The notes below the pieces were generated by a model, which had not been told where the DNA came from, did no database searches, and saw only the letters and a program-made list of their open reading frames with translations. Positions 21,149 to 31,887 of a stretch of DNA of 64,000 bases are shown in pieces (the first letter of the stretch is position 1; each line of letters starts with the position of its first letter). A program made the translations under genes and the position numbers. Origin of the DNA: an uncultured Nitrospinota bacterium (lineage in GTDB: Bacteria; Tectomicrobia; Entotheonellia; J063; CAVPRW01); NCBI GenBank assembly GCA_963707985.1, contig CAVPRW010000037.1, positions 1 through 64,000 of the forward strand, read 5' to 3'.

Positions 21149-22008
21149 ACTATGACGCGGAGGTAGAGATATCGAACTCTACATGGATATCGGCTGCTGG
21201 GGCTGAATGCGTCAACCTTCCGATCGGAAATCAAATCGACTCCTGTACGCGCCACATCAATAACACTCTCTAGACTAATACCACCTGAGGCTTCGACAAG
21301 TGCCCTACCGCCGATGATCTTCACGCCCTCCGCAAGCAAAGTTGGAGGCATGTTATCAAGCATGATCACCTCTGCTCCAGCCTGCAGTGCTTCCTCAACT
21401 TGCTGTAGGGTTTCGACCTCCACTTCGATCTTCAAGAGATGATGACAATGTTTACGCGCCATTTCGACCGCGTGTGTGATGCCCCCTGCAGCCACGATGT
21501 GATTATCTTTGATCAAAATACCATCTCCCAGATCATGGCGATGATTTTTCCCACCTCCGACTCGCACAGCGTATTTTTCGAGGAGACGCCATCCTGGAGT
21601 CGTTTTCCGGGTATCCACTATCTCCACATGATATCCACTTACAGCCTCAACATATCGCCGAGTTAAGGTGGCAATTCCACAAAGTCGTTGCAAAAAATTG
21701 AGCGCAACCCGTTCGCCTGCGAGCAGTGAACGCGCGAGCCCCTCAAGTTCTGCGATGACGGTCCCCGCCATGAGGAGATCACCATCTTTATAAGAAGACT
21801 TGACATGAACGGCACTATCCACCGCGGCATAAACCTCAGTGAAGACATCTAGCCCTGCCAGCACCAGCTGTTGTTGGGAAATCAATCGCGCCCGTGATAG
21901 GACCTGTTCGCCAATCGTGGCTTCCGTCGTGACATCGCCGCGTCCGAGATCCTCTTCGATTGCTGCTTGAATGAGATGCCTGACTTGGTGAAATGCTGTA
22001 AGGATCAT
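21149..22008 (-). CDS. nadC: Nicotinate-nucleotide pyrophosphorylase; +1 frameshift near 21225
   Basis: EDLGRGDVTT, ERVALNFLQ, DTRKTTPG, IKDNH, MLDNM, EASGGI. The correct end ISIGRLTHSAPAADI..SAS* lies in the shifted frame. Confidence 0.92.
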
Positions 22009-24629
22009 TGAATAGACTCCAACGCCTGAACCAGCTTGCCCTCACGCTCCAGCAGCCCTTGGTGTTTAGCCTGCTCTTTTTCGATGACGTCTTCCGGTGC
22101 TTTCTCAAGGAAATCACGCTGCGCAAGTTTTGTCTCAAGCCTTTCAACATCATCGTGAATTCTCTGTAACTCGCGTGTTAAGCGCGTTCTCTCCACATCA
22201 ACATCAATTACACCTTCCAGCGGAACATAGACTTCCATTCCGTTAAGGATTGCCGTTGCAGATAGCTTGGGGCGCTCTACCTCTGGTTCAATGATCATCT
22301 CTGAAATATTCGCCAAACTTACGATATAAGAGCGGTGTCGTTGGATCAACATCGCATGATTCGCGACTGCCTTTATGTGCGGTCGGAGTTTTGTAGTATT
22401 CGGAATCTTAAATGAACTTCGAATGGTGCGAAGTGCCGAAATGACTTCCATGACGAATGCCATCTCTTGCTCAGATTCCTGATCAATCCACTCATCAGCA
22501 GCAGTCGGATAGGGAGCCCTGACGACAGTCTCACCCTGATGAGGGAGCTGTTGCCATAGTTCTTCGGTAAGGAATGGAATAAACGGATGCATGAGCCTTA
22601 ACGATGTTTCAAAAACCTGCAAGAGGACCGCTTGAGCATTTACTCGCCCGGGTTCAGCACCACTGCCGCGGTGTTTGGTGATCTCGAGATACCAGTCACA
22701 AAACTCATGCCAGAAAAATTGATAGATGGCGTTGGCAGCATCATTAAAACGGTACTCTTCCAACGCACGGCGTGTGGTGGCGATAGTGCCTTGCAAACGG
22801 CTGAGTATCCAGCGATCCGCCAGATCGAGCGTCGACCGCTCCAGTAGTGGGACACGCTCACCGGTCAGCGAAAAATTGAGTTCGCAATAGCGAAAAGCAT
22901 TCCAGATCTTGTTCATGAAATTGCGATATCCTTGAATACGCTCTTCCGACAGCCGGATATCACGGCCTTGACCTGCTAACGCGGCGAGGGTAAAGCGCAG
23001 GGCATCGGTTCCGTATTGATCCATCACTTCCAATGGGTCAATGACGTTTCCGCGTGATTTACTCATTTTTTGACCTTCGGCGTCACGGACAAGCGCGTGA
23101 ATGTAAACATGGTGGAAGGGGATATCGCCCTTAAATTTCAGTCCAAGCATGATCATGCGGGCAACCCAGAAGAACAGAATGTCGAATGCTGTCACCAAGA
23201 CAGAGGTCGGGTAGTATCGTTTCAGCTCAGAGGTATCGTCGGGCCAACCCAGGGTGGAAAACGGCCAGAGGCCAGAGCTAAACCAGGTATCGAGAACGTC
23301 TTCGTCCTGACGCAATTCGCTTCCTTGACAGTGCTCGCAGGCTGTGGGAGTGATTTCCGCTACTGTTACCCCATCGCACGCACTGCAATACCAGGCGGGG
23401 ATGCGATGTCCCCACCAGATCTGCCGTGAGATGCACCAATCACGAATATTGAGCATCCAGTCATAATACGTATTGCCCCACATGGCTGGCACGAATCGGA
23501 TACGCCCAGACCGCACCGCCTCTATAGCAGGTTCAGCCAGGGATTTCATCCGAACAAACCACTGACGTGACACCAGCGGTTCCACAACTGTGCGGCAACG
23601 GTAGCACAACCCGACGCGGTGCTTATAATCATCGATTTTGCTGATCAAGCCGAGAGCCTGCAAGTCTTCCACGATACGGGTGCGACATTCGAAGCGGTCG
23701 AGCCCAGCATACTTCCCCGCCGCCGCATTCATTCTGCCATCGAAGCCGATCACTTGGCGAATCTCAAGGCCATGGCGTCTTCCGATGTCAAAATCCAGCG
23801 GGTCGTGAGCCGGAGTTACCTTGACCACGCCTGTTCCAAACTCTGGGTCAACGGCAGCATCGCCGATCACTTGGATAGTGATGTCCCCCTCGACCGACGG
23901 AATAGTGAGGACTCGGTCGACGTACTCTGCATATCGCTTATCCTCAGGATGGACTGCCAACGCTGTATCGCCAGGTTTCGTCTCGGGGCGCACCGTGGCG
24001 AGAGTCAGGGGACCATATTTAATGTAGTAAAGCTTGCCGTCCCTCTCCTCATATTCAACTTCGAGGTCGGACAGTGCCGTCATACAGCGCGGGCACCACT
24101 GGATGATATAATTCCCACGGTAGATGAGGCCTTCCTGGTACAGAGTCACGAACACTTTCCGAACAGCTCGAGACAGGCCTTCATCCATGGTAAAGCGTTC
24201 ACGGCTCCAATCACACGAGGCTCCCAGACGCATGAGCTGGCGGACAATGGTGCGTCCTGATTCTTCGCGCCAGCGCCAGACACGTTCGATAAATTGTTCC
24301 CGGCCATAGACGTGTCGATTGGTCCCCTCACGTGCCAATTGCTGCTCAACAACCACTTGGGTGGCAATCCCAGCATGATCCGTTCCGGGCAGCCATAATG
24401 TGTTATAACCGTCCATTCGCTTCCAGCGGACCAAGATGTCTTGGAGTGTCGTATTCAGGGCATGCCCCATATGCAGAGAGCCGGTAATGTTCGGGGGGGG
24501 GATGACGATACAAAACGGTTCACCGGGAGCTCGTGCATCAGCCCGGAAATAGCCCCGCTCTACCCAGACCTGATACCAGCGTGCATCAGTTTTTTTCGGG
24601 TCGTAACGCTTTTCCGATAATCCTTGCAT
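22005..24629 (-). CDS. valS: Valine--tRNA ligase
   Basis: PPPNITGSLHMGH, DWCISRQIWWGH, KMSKS, C-terminal coiled coil. Confidence 0.98.
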   Translation of the reverse strand: MQGLSEKRYDPKKTDARWYQVWVERGYFRADARAPGEPFCIVIPPPNITGSLHMGHALNTTLQDILVRWKRMDGYNTLWLPGTDHAGIATQVVVEQQLAREGTNRHVYGREQFIERVWRWREESGRTIVRQLMRLGASCDWSRERFTMDEGLSRAVRKVFVTLYQEGLIYRGNYIIQWCPRCMTALSDLEVEYEERDGKLYYIKYGPLTLATVRPETKPGDTALAVHPEDKRYAEYVDRVLTIPSVEGDITIQVIGDAAVDPEFGTGVVKVTPAHDPLDFDIGRRHGLEIRQVIGFDGRMNAAAGKYAGLDRFECRTRIVEDLQALGLISKIDDYKHRVGLCYRCRTVVEPLVSRQWFVRMKSLAEPAIEAVRSGRIRFVPAMWGNTYYDWMLNIRDWCISRQIWWGHRIPAWYCSACDGVTVAEITPTACEHCQGSELRQDEDVLDTWFSSGLWPFSTLGWPDDTSELKRYYPTSVLVTAFDILFFWVARMIMLGLKFKGDIPFHHVYIHALVRDAEGQKMSKSRGNVIDPLEVMDQYGTDALRFTLAALAGQGRDIRLSEERIQGYRNFMNKIWNAFRYCELNFSLTGERVPLLERSTLDLADRWILSRLQGTIATTRRALEEYRFNDAANAIYQFFWHEFCDWYLEITKHRGSGAEPGRVNAQAVLLQVFETSLRLMHPFIPFLTEELWQQLPHQGETVVRAPYPTAADEWIDQESEQEMAFVMEVISALRTIRSSFKIPNTTKLRPHIKAVANHAMLIQRHRSYIVSLANISEMIIEPEVERPKLSATAILNGMEVYVPLEGVIDVDVERTRLTRELQRIHDDVERLETKLAQRDFLEKAPEDVIEKEQAKHQGLLEREGKLVQALESIQ

Positions 24630-25049
24630 CTACCTTTGCCCCCTTTTTTCAATGGCACTCAGGCGCGGGGATGAGCTGACTGTATAGCGCACACTCTAGG
24701 GTCTGGGGATCTCCCGAACATCACTTTGCCACCAGGCGTCGACAAGCCTAATTTCCCCCATGGGGAGACGCCTCTGTAAACATCTGGATGTTCACGACTT
24801 GCAGTCGCCGACACATCATGTCAAAATAGGAAAACTTTCTCCCGAGCGTTGCCTCAGTCCATCAATGCGTAAGAGCCTAGTGTAACGAAGGAAGCATGGA
24901 AAAACAATCGTTTTCTGACATTACCCCGCGACTTCTTCACCAGCAAATCCAGGCACTCGAGACCTGTTGGTGAGAAGGTCCACGGTCTCCCCATGTGACC
25001 AAAGCAGAAGCCGATGACTCGCCTCGAAGATACCTTCTCCCTAGAACCA

Positions 25050-25560
25050 CAGCGAGGATTGACTCTCGCTGGCTCAAACGTGCCATTCGGCGTTTTCGAT
25101 GTGGGTGGAACGCCACATCATTTCGGCCCTGCTGGTATATCACACTTTCCAACGTGAACCATGGCGCAAACTTAAGCTTGGGCAATATGGCAACCAAGAG
25201 CACTACGGGTTGCAGGATGGTCAAGGCCGGGACTTTTATTCCATGGTGAGCATGGTGCGCACCCCCCAGAAGTGAGCCAGCAATACCAAGCGCAGATGAT
25301 GGTACCAGCCGGTCCAACAGCGCACTTCATCATCGCCCATGCCGAGCCACGGCTGACGGTCTTCGAAACGGGTTTCAATCGGCCAGTGCATGCCGCTGAT
25401 CCTCGCCGAGGTTGTCCTCTGGGTGCGAACCGGAGCCGTCGAGAGATAGGTTTTGAGTGCAGCGGTTTCAGGATGTCTCCGCCGAATCCGCCCAACATCT
25501 GGACCTGGCAAGCGGTGACGCACAGCCACCATCTGCAAATCGGCTCGACCGACTTGCGTT
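25050..25560 (-). pseudogene. IS701-family transposase remnant
   Basis: HWPIETRFE..LGMGDDEVRCWTGWYHHLRLVLLAHF and PALTILQ..HRKRRMARL. Boundaries approximate. Confidence 0.7.
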
Positions 25561-25604
25561 CCAGCCGACTCAACAACCCTCGCTGTAGTCTTAGAGATCG
25601 GGAT

Positions 25605-26690
25605 ATGAGAATCCTAACAACCTATGTTCTTAGCACGTTCGCGAAAATCCTAGCTTTTGTGTTCCCTGTCTTCATCGGGCTCTACCTCGTTGTGGAGTTT
25701 GTGGAACGCATCGACGAATTCCTGCAATTCCAAGCCGGTATCGGGACCATCACCCTCTATTTGCTCTTCCGGATACCCATCGTGGGCATTCAGATTGGGC
25801 CGCTGGCTATCCTTTTGTCCGTGGCATTAAGCATCGCGGTGTTCCAACGTAGCCGAGAAATTCTTGCGTTTCTGGCGGCTGGTACTAGCCCATGGCGCAT
25901 CATTAAGCCCTTCCTCATGGGGGCGCTCCTTATAAGTGCAATGGGTCTCGGAGCCGAGGAGTTCATCGTCCCCCGAGCCCATCGGGCCCTCATGGACCTC
26001 CAGGACAATCGACGACCCTCTTCACCCCAAGAGGTGTTAATGCAGCAGGGTGAACTCTGGTTTCGAGCCTCCGAAGCAACGTTTGTACACATCGAATTGC
26101 TTGATCCGGCGGCAGAACGCATTCATGGTCTGACGATCTATCGTAGAGATGTTGCTGGAGAGTTGGTCGAACAAGTGCACGCGCGTGAAGCCCGATGGCT
26201 GTTTGGGCGCTGGATGTTGTTGGATGGGACAATCAGTCGTTTTCAGGGAAAGCTGACAACGCACATCGAACAGTTTACACGGCTTGAGATGCCGATTGGG
26301 ATGGAGCCAGAGGCGCTACGGTCGATATTTACACCACCATCCCACATGAGCCTCTCTGAATTACAGTCATATATGCGCAGACTTCGCGACCGGGGCGTGG
26401 ATATGACAACGTATGCACGCGATTTCCAAACGAAGCTTGCGACGCCCGTTATGGGGGTGGTGATGGCCGTCATTGGACTTGCGGCCATGTGGGGAACGCA
26501 TGACACACGCCGCATCAGTTTCGGGTTTGTCGTGTCGCTCTGTGGCGCCGCAGCGTACTGGGCTATGATGATGGCTGGAACAGCTCTGAGCGGTGCACAG
26601 CATCTATCGTTGCTGCTCGGCATCTGGCTTCCCCATCTCATCGCCTTCAGCCTCAGCAGTGTTGTGTTCTGGCGGAAAACCTTCACCTGA
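25605..26690 (+). CDS. lptG: LPS export ABC permease LptG (LptF/G family)
   Basis: MRILTTYVLSTF..SREILAFLAAGTS..VHAREARW..MSLSELQSY; start reassigned to ATG 25605. Confidence 0.85.
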   Translation: MRILTTYVLSTFAKILAFVFPVFIGLYLVVEFVERIDEFLQFQAGIGTITLYLLFRIPIVGIQIGPLAILLSVALSIAVFQRSREILAFLAAGTSPWRIIKPFLMGALLISAMGLGAEEFIVPRAHRALMDLQDNRRPSSPQEVLMQQGELWFRASEATFVHIELLDPAAERIHGLTIYRRDVAGELVEQVHAREARWLFGRWMLLDGTISRFQGKLTTHIEQFTRLEMPIGMEPEALRSIFTPPSHMSLSELQSYMRRLRDRGVDMTTYARDFQTKLATPVMGVVMAVIGLAAMWGTHDTRRISFGFVVSLCGAAAYWAMMMAGTALSGAQHLSLLLGIWLPHLIAFSLSSVVFWRKTFT

Positions 26691-27146
26691 CCGGGGTATC
26701 TGGTCGGGCGGCAGCACTGCCGCAGCGGGGTGCCGCGTGCGCCATTCCAGATACGACTGTAGAATAAATTGGGCTGCCAGCCGGTCTCGCACCGCCTTCC
26801 GGCGGCGTCTGCTCGCATTGGTCTCTAGGAGCGCGCGCTCGGCCGCTTGGGTCGTCAGACGTTCATCCCAAGCGATGACCGGTAGTGCCGATGCCCGCCG
26901 GACATGGTCGATAAAGGCGAGCGTTTTCTGCGCCTGTGACCCCAGAGAGCCGTCCATGTTCTTTGGCAGCCCCACGACGATGGCCGCAACCTCATAGAGG
27001 GCGCACGTCTCACGAAGAAACACCATATCGGCCGCTAATGACGACCGCTGGCGGACGGTGACTCCTTGAGCCGTCCAACCCAGCTCGTCACTGACTGCCA
27101 CCCCAAGAGTTTTGTCGCCGACATCAAGCCCTAAAATTCGCTTCAT
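26604..27146 (-). CDS. ruvX: Holliday junction resolvase-like / pre-16S nuclease RuvX (YqgF)
   Basis: RILGLDVGDKTLGVAVSD, VVGLPKNMDG, WDERLTT. Confidence 0.95.
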   Translation of the reverse strand: MKRILGLDVGDKTLGVAVSDELGWTAQGVTVRQRSSLAADMVFLRETCALYEVAAIVVGLPKNMDGSLGSQAQKTLAFIDHVRRASALPVIAWDERLTTQAAERALLETNASRRRRKAVRDRLAAQFILQSYLEWRTRHPAAAVLPPDQIPRSGEGFPPEHNTAEAEGDEMGKPDAEQQR

Positions 27147-28741
27147 CGATTTCCGACGACGATGTTTAGTCGTTCCAAGGTCGTGCCCTTAGCCCGATCG
27201 AGGTTTGCCAAAGAAACATTGTAATCAGTCAAAGCTCGGATCTCGCGGCTCTGCTCCGACGATAAATCATCTTGAAAGCGTAGAACCTCGCGGACCGAAG
27301 AGAGGCCGACAGCCAGTTTCTTTTCCTCGGCTTCGAGTTTTTTCTGTGCGAGCTCGCGCGCCCCTCTGGTCACGCTCACCCGTTTGATGTTGGTCTCTAC
27401 GTTGCGGACCGCTTCGCGGACCTCGACAAGAATGCGCTGTTCGGTACGTTCCAGCACAGTCTTGGCCTGTTCAACCTCCAGGCGGGCACGGGTAAAGCGA
27501 CTTTTGGCCGCCTGATTCCCGAGGGGATACCGCAGGGTGAAGCCAACCCGATACTGCACCCAATCGCCTGAGGTAAAATTGCTCAGCGTGTCTCCGAAGT
27601 TAGTGTCCAGGCCGTTGGGGCCGACACGCCCCTCGAGGTCCAGGGCGGGCAGTAGTTGATTGCGGGTAAAGCGTTCATTGAGGGTGCGGGACTCGATCTC
27701 TAAGATGGCCTGGCGATAATCGGGACGGTGCTCGAAGGCAGCCTCGAGCGCCTTTTCAAGATCAATGGCCTCAATGGTAAATGGTGGGGCATCGGTGGGA
27801 ACGACTTCGACCACCCCTCTATAGCGATCTTCAAACAAGCTGAGCAATTCCTTCAGCCGATCCTGGACATTCCGAACGTTGTTTTCGCCGACAATGACGG
27901 CTTCCTCACGCGCTGCCACACCTGCTTCACCTTCTAAAATGGAGAGCTGCGGCTGGGTGCCGACTGCGACTTGGACGCGCGTTTGCGCTAGTAGATCCTG
28001 CGCTAGCTTGAGGGATAACCGACGCACCTCCAGCTCCTGAATGCGGAACACTAACTCCCAATAAAGCTCCTGATCGAGGGTTACCACGCGAATGACACGA
28101 TCTCTCAGCGAGCTTTCGGAAATCTCTTGATTGGTCTCGGCGATACGGATGCGGGTTCGGTTCACGTCGAAACCAAAATTGCGTAGGATCGGTTGCACAA
28201 AGGTCAAATTGGCTCGCAACTCATCGGTAGGGTTGATCACGCGGGAGGAGCTGCCTGTTTCGTTCGAGCTAATGTGCTGCTGGGATACTTGTAGACCCAG
28301 CCGAGTGCCGAGCTGAAAGCGTTGCTCAACACCCGCCACCGGGGTGGAGGTGTCAACCCTTGCCGTACTGTCTGGAGGCCAGCGGAAAGGAGCACCTGCC
28401 ACTTGCTCTTTTCCACCAATGAAGTTGAAGCCTGCAACGGCCGTCGGATCGAATTCGGCCTGTTCATTGATGACCTCTGAAGCCCGAATCTTCGGATTAA
28501 ACCCTTCAATCATGATATCGAAATTACGCTCCAGGGCAAGAGCAATACTTTCCATAAGTGATAAAGGGAGCGTGTCAGCGGGCCGCACAGCCTGGGCCGC
28601 GATCGACAACGCCCGCTGCGCCGTCTGCTTGGCCGAGCCTGCCTGCTGGCGATTGGCAGCCTGCACCAGCGCACGACCACTGAACACGATCAGTACGATC
28701 AGCAACCCGATCACAGGCAGTGATGCGTCTTTCCTCACCAT
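27143..28741 (-). CDS. TolC-family outer membrane protein
   Basis: Signal peptide; LSLMESIALALERN, QPILRNFG, LLPALDL; duplicated OEP repeats. Confidence 0.88.
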   Translation of the reverse strand: MVRKDASLPVIGLLIVLIVFSGRALVQAANRQQAGSAKQTAQRALSIAAQAVRPADTLPLSLMESIALALERNFDIMIEGFNPKIRASEVINEQAEFDPTAVAGFNFIGGKEQVAGAPFRWPPDSTARVDTSTPVAGVEQRFQLGTRLGLQVSQQHISSNETGSSSRVINPTDELRANLTFVQPILRNFGFDVNRTRIRIAETNQEISESSLRDRVIRVVTLDQELYWELVFRIQELEVRRLSLKLAQDLLAQTRVQVAVGTQPQLSILEGEAGVAAREEAVIVGENNVRNVQDRLKELLSLFEDRYRGVVEVVPTDAPPFTIEAIDLEKALEAAFEHRPDYRQAILEIESRTLNERFTRNQLLPALDLEGRVGPNGLDTNFGDTLSNFTSGDWVQYRVGFTLRYPLGNQAAKSRFTRARLEVEQAKTVLERTEQRILVEVREAVRNVETNIKRVSVTRGARELAQKKLEAEEKKLAVGLSSVREVLRFQDDLSSEQSREIRALTDYNVSLANLDRAKGTTLERLNIVVGNR

Positions 28742-28974
28742 CCAGCCTCCACCTATGTGTGCAGTTGCCTGTCCTGCGCCAACGACTACTATTGTGGGTG
28801 CACGACATATCACTGGGGTCAGGGCCTTGTCAACTGATTTCACCGAGCCGCGCGGTTCCTGTGGCTCCTCGCAGCTCCCGACAGCGGAGTTTTCTCTTGC
28901 GTGGCGACACACCCGATGGTAAGGTGCATGTCTGAAAGACCCTTTTTGCCTCGGCTGATACAGGGCTTTGCGAC

Positions 28975-29928
28975 ATGGACCTGATTACCGACTTAGGAGT
29001 TTACCCGAAGGCTTTTCCACTGCCGATCATGACGATCGGAAATTTTGATGGGGTCCATCTGGGCCATCAGATGATCTTTCGGACGCTATGCCAGCGCGCT
29101 CGCGAGATCGGTGGCACGTCGCTGGTGTTGACCTTCGATCCTCACCCCTTGAAGGTCTTGGCCCCTGAACGTTGTCCAGTCCTGATCACCCCCACGGCAA
29201 AAAAATTGTCAATCATCCGGGGATGCGGCCTTGATGTGATTGTCTGTTTACCTTTTACGCAAGCGCTGGCAGACCTGACCCCCGTTGCCTTCGTCGAGCA
29301 AGTGTTGGTCCAGACGATCGGGATTCGGGAAATCTATGTCGGCTATAACTTCGCGTTCGGACGGGGACGGCAAGGCTCGATCGCGCTCCTCCAAGAACTG
29401 GGGTTGCACTATGGCTTCCTAGTGCACATTATCGAGCCCATCGCCATTGCAGGGCGCGTGGTCAGTAGCTCGATGATCCGTCAATGGATTCAGCAAGGGA
29501 GCGTGGACGAAGCGGCCCTTCTTTTGGGTCGCCTCTATTCGATCGCGGGAACTGTGGTTGAAGGCTATCAGAAAGGGCGGGAACTGGGATTTCCTACCGC
29601 CAATGTACGCTCCACCGATGAGTTGATTCCTAGTCGTGGTGTCTATGCTGTTACGGTCGATTGGCGTGAACGCCGTTATGAGGGGGTGGCGAACATTGGT
29701 TTCAACCCGACCTTTGGACGGACCCAATTGAGCGTCGAAATCCATCTGTTTGATTTCGCCCAGCAATTGTATGGAGAGGCGGTTGAGGTCTCTTTCGTGA
29801 AAAAGATCCGTGACGAACGAGCCTTCCCTTCGGTTGCCGACCTGGTCAAACAGATCGGTCAAGATGTGGAAACAGCCCACACCCTGCTAGCAACCTACCG
29901 TCATCACGCCACTCTCGGCTCCACGTAG
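28975..29928 (+). CDS. ribF: Riboflavin kinase/FAD synthetase
   Basis: TIGNFDGVHLGHQ, TFDPHP, GFPTAN, NIGFNPTF. Confidence 0.97.
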   Translation: MDLITDLGVYPKAFPLPIMTIGNFDGVHLGHQMIFRTLCQRAREIGGTSLVLTFDPHPLKVLAPERCPVLITPTAKKLSIIRGCGLDVIVCLPFTQALADLTPVAFVEQVLVQTIGIREIYVGYNFAFGRGRQGSIALLQELGLHYGFLVHIIEPIAIAGRVVSSSMIRQWIQQGSVDEAALLLGRLYSIAGTVVEGYQKGRELGFPTANVRSTDELIPSRGVYAVTVDWRERRYEGVANIGFNPTFGRTQLSVEIHLFDFAQQLYGEAVEVSFVKKIRDERAFPSVADLVKQIGQDVETAHTLLATYRHHATLGST

Positions 29929-29964
29929 GCACTCCCCCGACTCGGTCGGCTCGAAAGGATATCC

Positions 29965-30987
29965 GTGAAGCAGGGCCATATTTGGATCGGCACTGGTATC
30001 AGTCTCGCATTGCTCATCTACCTCTTTGCTCGCGTAGATTACGGCCAACTATGGCTCTCTCTGGGATCAGCAGATTTCTCCTTACTACTGATCGCGTCCG
30101 TCCTACTGCTGGTGAGTCTGGTCATGCGCGCTTGGCGCTGGCAATACCTGCTTAAACCCCTTAAGAGCGTCCGCTTTTCGAACTCGTTGTCCGCCACGGC
30201 CATCGGATTGATGGCCAATATGATTCTGCCAGTGCGGCTCGGTGAAATCGTCAGAGCTGTCGTGCTTGGCCAGCGTGAACGGATTGATAAGAGCGCCTCT
30301 TTCGCCACGGTTGTCGTCGACCGCTTGCTAGATGGCTTCACAATCTTGTTCATTCTCCTGGTCCTGCTCCTGGTGGCGCCTCTGCCCTTTGATCACGGGT
30401 GGCAACAGCGATTGCGCTGGGGGGGCGTGGCCTTCTTCATACTTTACGGCGGCGTGTTTGCTCTGCTCCTCTACCTACACCGTGCGCCAACTCAGGTACT
30501 CCAGGGCGTGAGACATTTCTGCTCGCGCCTGCCAACTCGCTGGGTGGACAGATTCTGCCAGTTCCTGGAATCTTTTAGCGAAGGGCTATACACCCTCGAC
30601 CGCAGAGAGAATCTTGGTCAAATTATTGTCACCTCGCTTATCCTGTGGGTCTCAATCGGCATTTATAATTTCCTCATCGTTCTGGCTTTCCAGCTTCACT
30701 TACCACTGACAGTGGGCTTCATCCTGCTCGTGGCCCAGGCTGCCGCGGTTATGCTGCCTGCCTCGCCTGGCTTTGTCGGCACACATCACGCAGCCAGCGT
30801 TGCCTGCTTGAGTCTATGGGGGGTGGCTCCCGAGGCGGCGCTAAGCGTGGCGCTCGTGATGCATGCCATCGGTTACTTCTTGACCGTGGCGATTGGTGCG
30901 GTCTGTTTGTGGGCACTAGGGCTTTCCATGCGCGACCTAGGCCATCCGGATCAGAGCATACCAAGCACCCCAACCCACACCGCCTAG
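29965..30987 (+). CDS. Lysylphosphatidylglycerol synthase TM-domain (flippase-like) protein
   Basis: RAWRWQYLL, NMILPVRLGEIVRA, DRLLD, PASPGFVGT. Confidence 0.88.
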   Translation: MKQGHIWIGTGISLALLIYLFARVDYGQLWLSLGSADFSLLLIASVLLLVSLVMRAWRWQYLLKPLKSVRFSNSLSATAIGLMANMILPVRLGEIVRAVVLGQRERIDKSASFATVVVDRLLDGFTILFILLVLLLVAPLPFDHGWQQRLRWGGVAFFILYGGVFALLLYLHRAPTQVLQGVRHFCSRLPTRWVDRFCQFLESFSEGLYTLDRRENLGQIIVTSLILWVSIGIYNFLIVLAFQLHLPLTVGFILLVAQAAAVMLPASPGFVGTHHAASVACLSLWGVAPEAALSVALVMHAIGYFLTVAIGAVCLWALGLSMRDLGHPDQSIPSTPTHTA

Positions 30988-31074
30988 GCTGAAAAACCTC
31001 TTGCAGCGGAATGATTGCGTGGCTATGATGAGAACTCCCTCTGCATGGGCGAATGGTCAGTTCCGAGAAACGTG

Positions 31075-31848
31075 ATGGAACATCAAAGTTTTGACATACC
31101 ACCGATCACTCATCAGGGGCCGCCGGCTTGTGAAAGACATGCACCAATCGTCGCCATTGACGGTCCGGCGGGGACTGGGAAGAGCACTTTGGCGCTTCGC
31201 CTGGCACGATACTTCGGATGGCGGTACATTGATTCTGGAGCGATGTACCGTGCGGTCGCGCTTTGTGCTCTTGAACAGGGGATTGACTGGGCCGACGAAC
31301 CAGCATTGGTGCTGCTTTGCACGCCCCTCACATTCGAGTTTCCCCTCTGCAATGGACGACTTGCCGTCAATGTCGATGGCCGTGACGTCGTGCAGGCCAT
31401 TCGGAGTCAGGCGGTGGGGGAGGGGGCTTCTCGAGTGGCCACGCTCCCGAGGATACGTGCCATCCTCGTTGGTAAGCAGCGACAACTTGGATGCGTTGGT
31501 GGTGTGGTCATGGACGGCCGCGATATCGGTACGGTGGTTTTTCCCGATGCCGATGTCAAATTTTATCTTGACGCTACACCAGAGGTACGAGGGAGGCGAC
31601 GCTGGCGGGAGCTTCAGGAGCGCGGGGAGCTGACGACACTCCCGGAGGTCATTGGGGCGATCGGTCGCCGAGATCAGGAAGATCGTACGCGCCACGCTTC
31701 TCCTTTGCGAGTACCGGAGGGTGCCTACTCTATCGATACAACGAATTTATCCGTTGACGAGGTCTTTCAGCTTATGGTAGATAAGATAAAATTTTTCGGC
31801 GTTTCCTTCCGCCCTCTTGATCCCTGTCAGGGAAGGAGATGCCCATAA
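31075..31848 (+). CDS. cmk: Cytidylate kinase
   Basis: AIDGPAGTGKST, IDSGAMYRA, VMDGRDIGTVVFPDA. Confidence 0.97.
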   Translation: MEHQSFDIPPITHQGPPACERHAPIVAIDGPAGTGKSTLALRLARYFGWRYIDSGAMYRAVALCALEQGIDWADEPALVLLCTPLTFEFPLCNGRLAVNVDGRDVVQAIRSQAVGEGASRVATLPRIRAILVGKQRQLGCVGGVVMDGRDIGTVVFPDADVKFYLDATPEVRGRRRWRELQERGELTTLPEVIGAIGRRDQEDRTRHASPLRVPEGAYSIDTTNLSVDEVFQLMVDKIKFFGVSFRPLDPCQGRRCP

Positions 31849-31887
31849 TTGATTTAAGGCGACGGCAACGAGGAGGATGTTGTTTGT

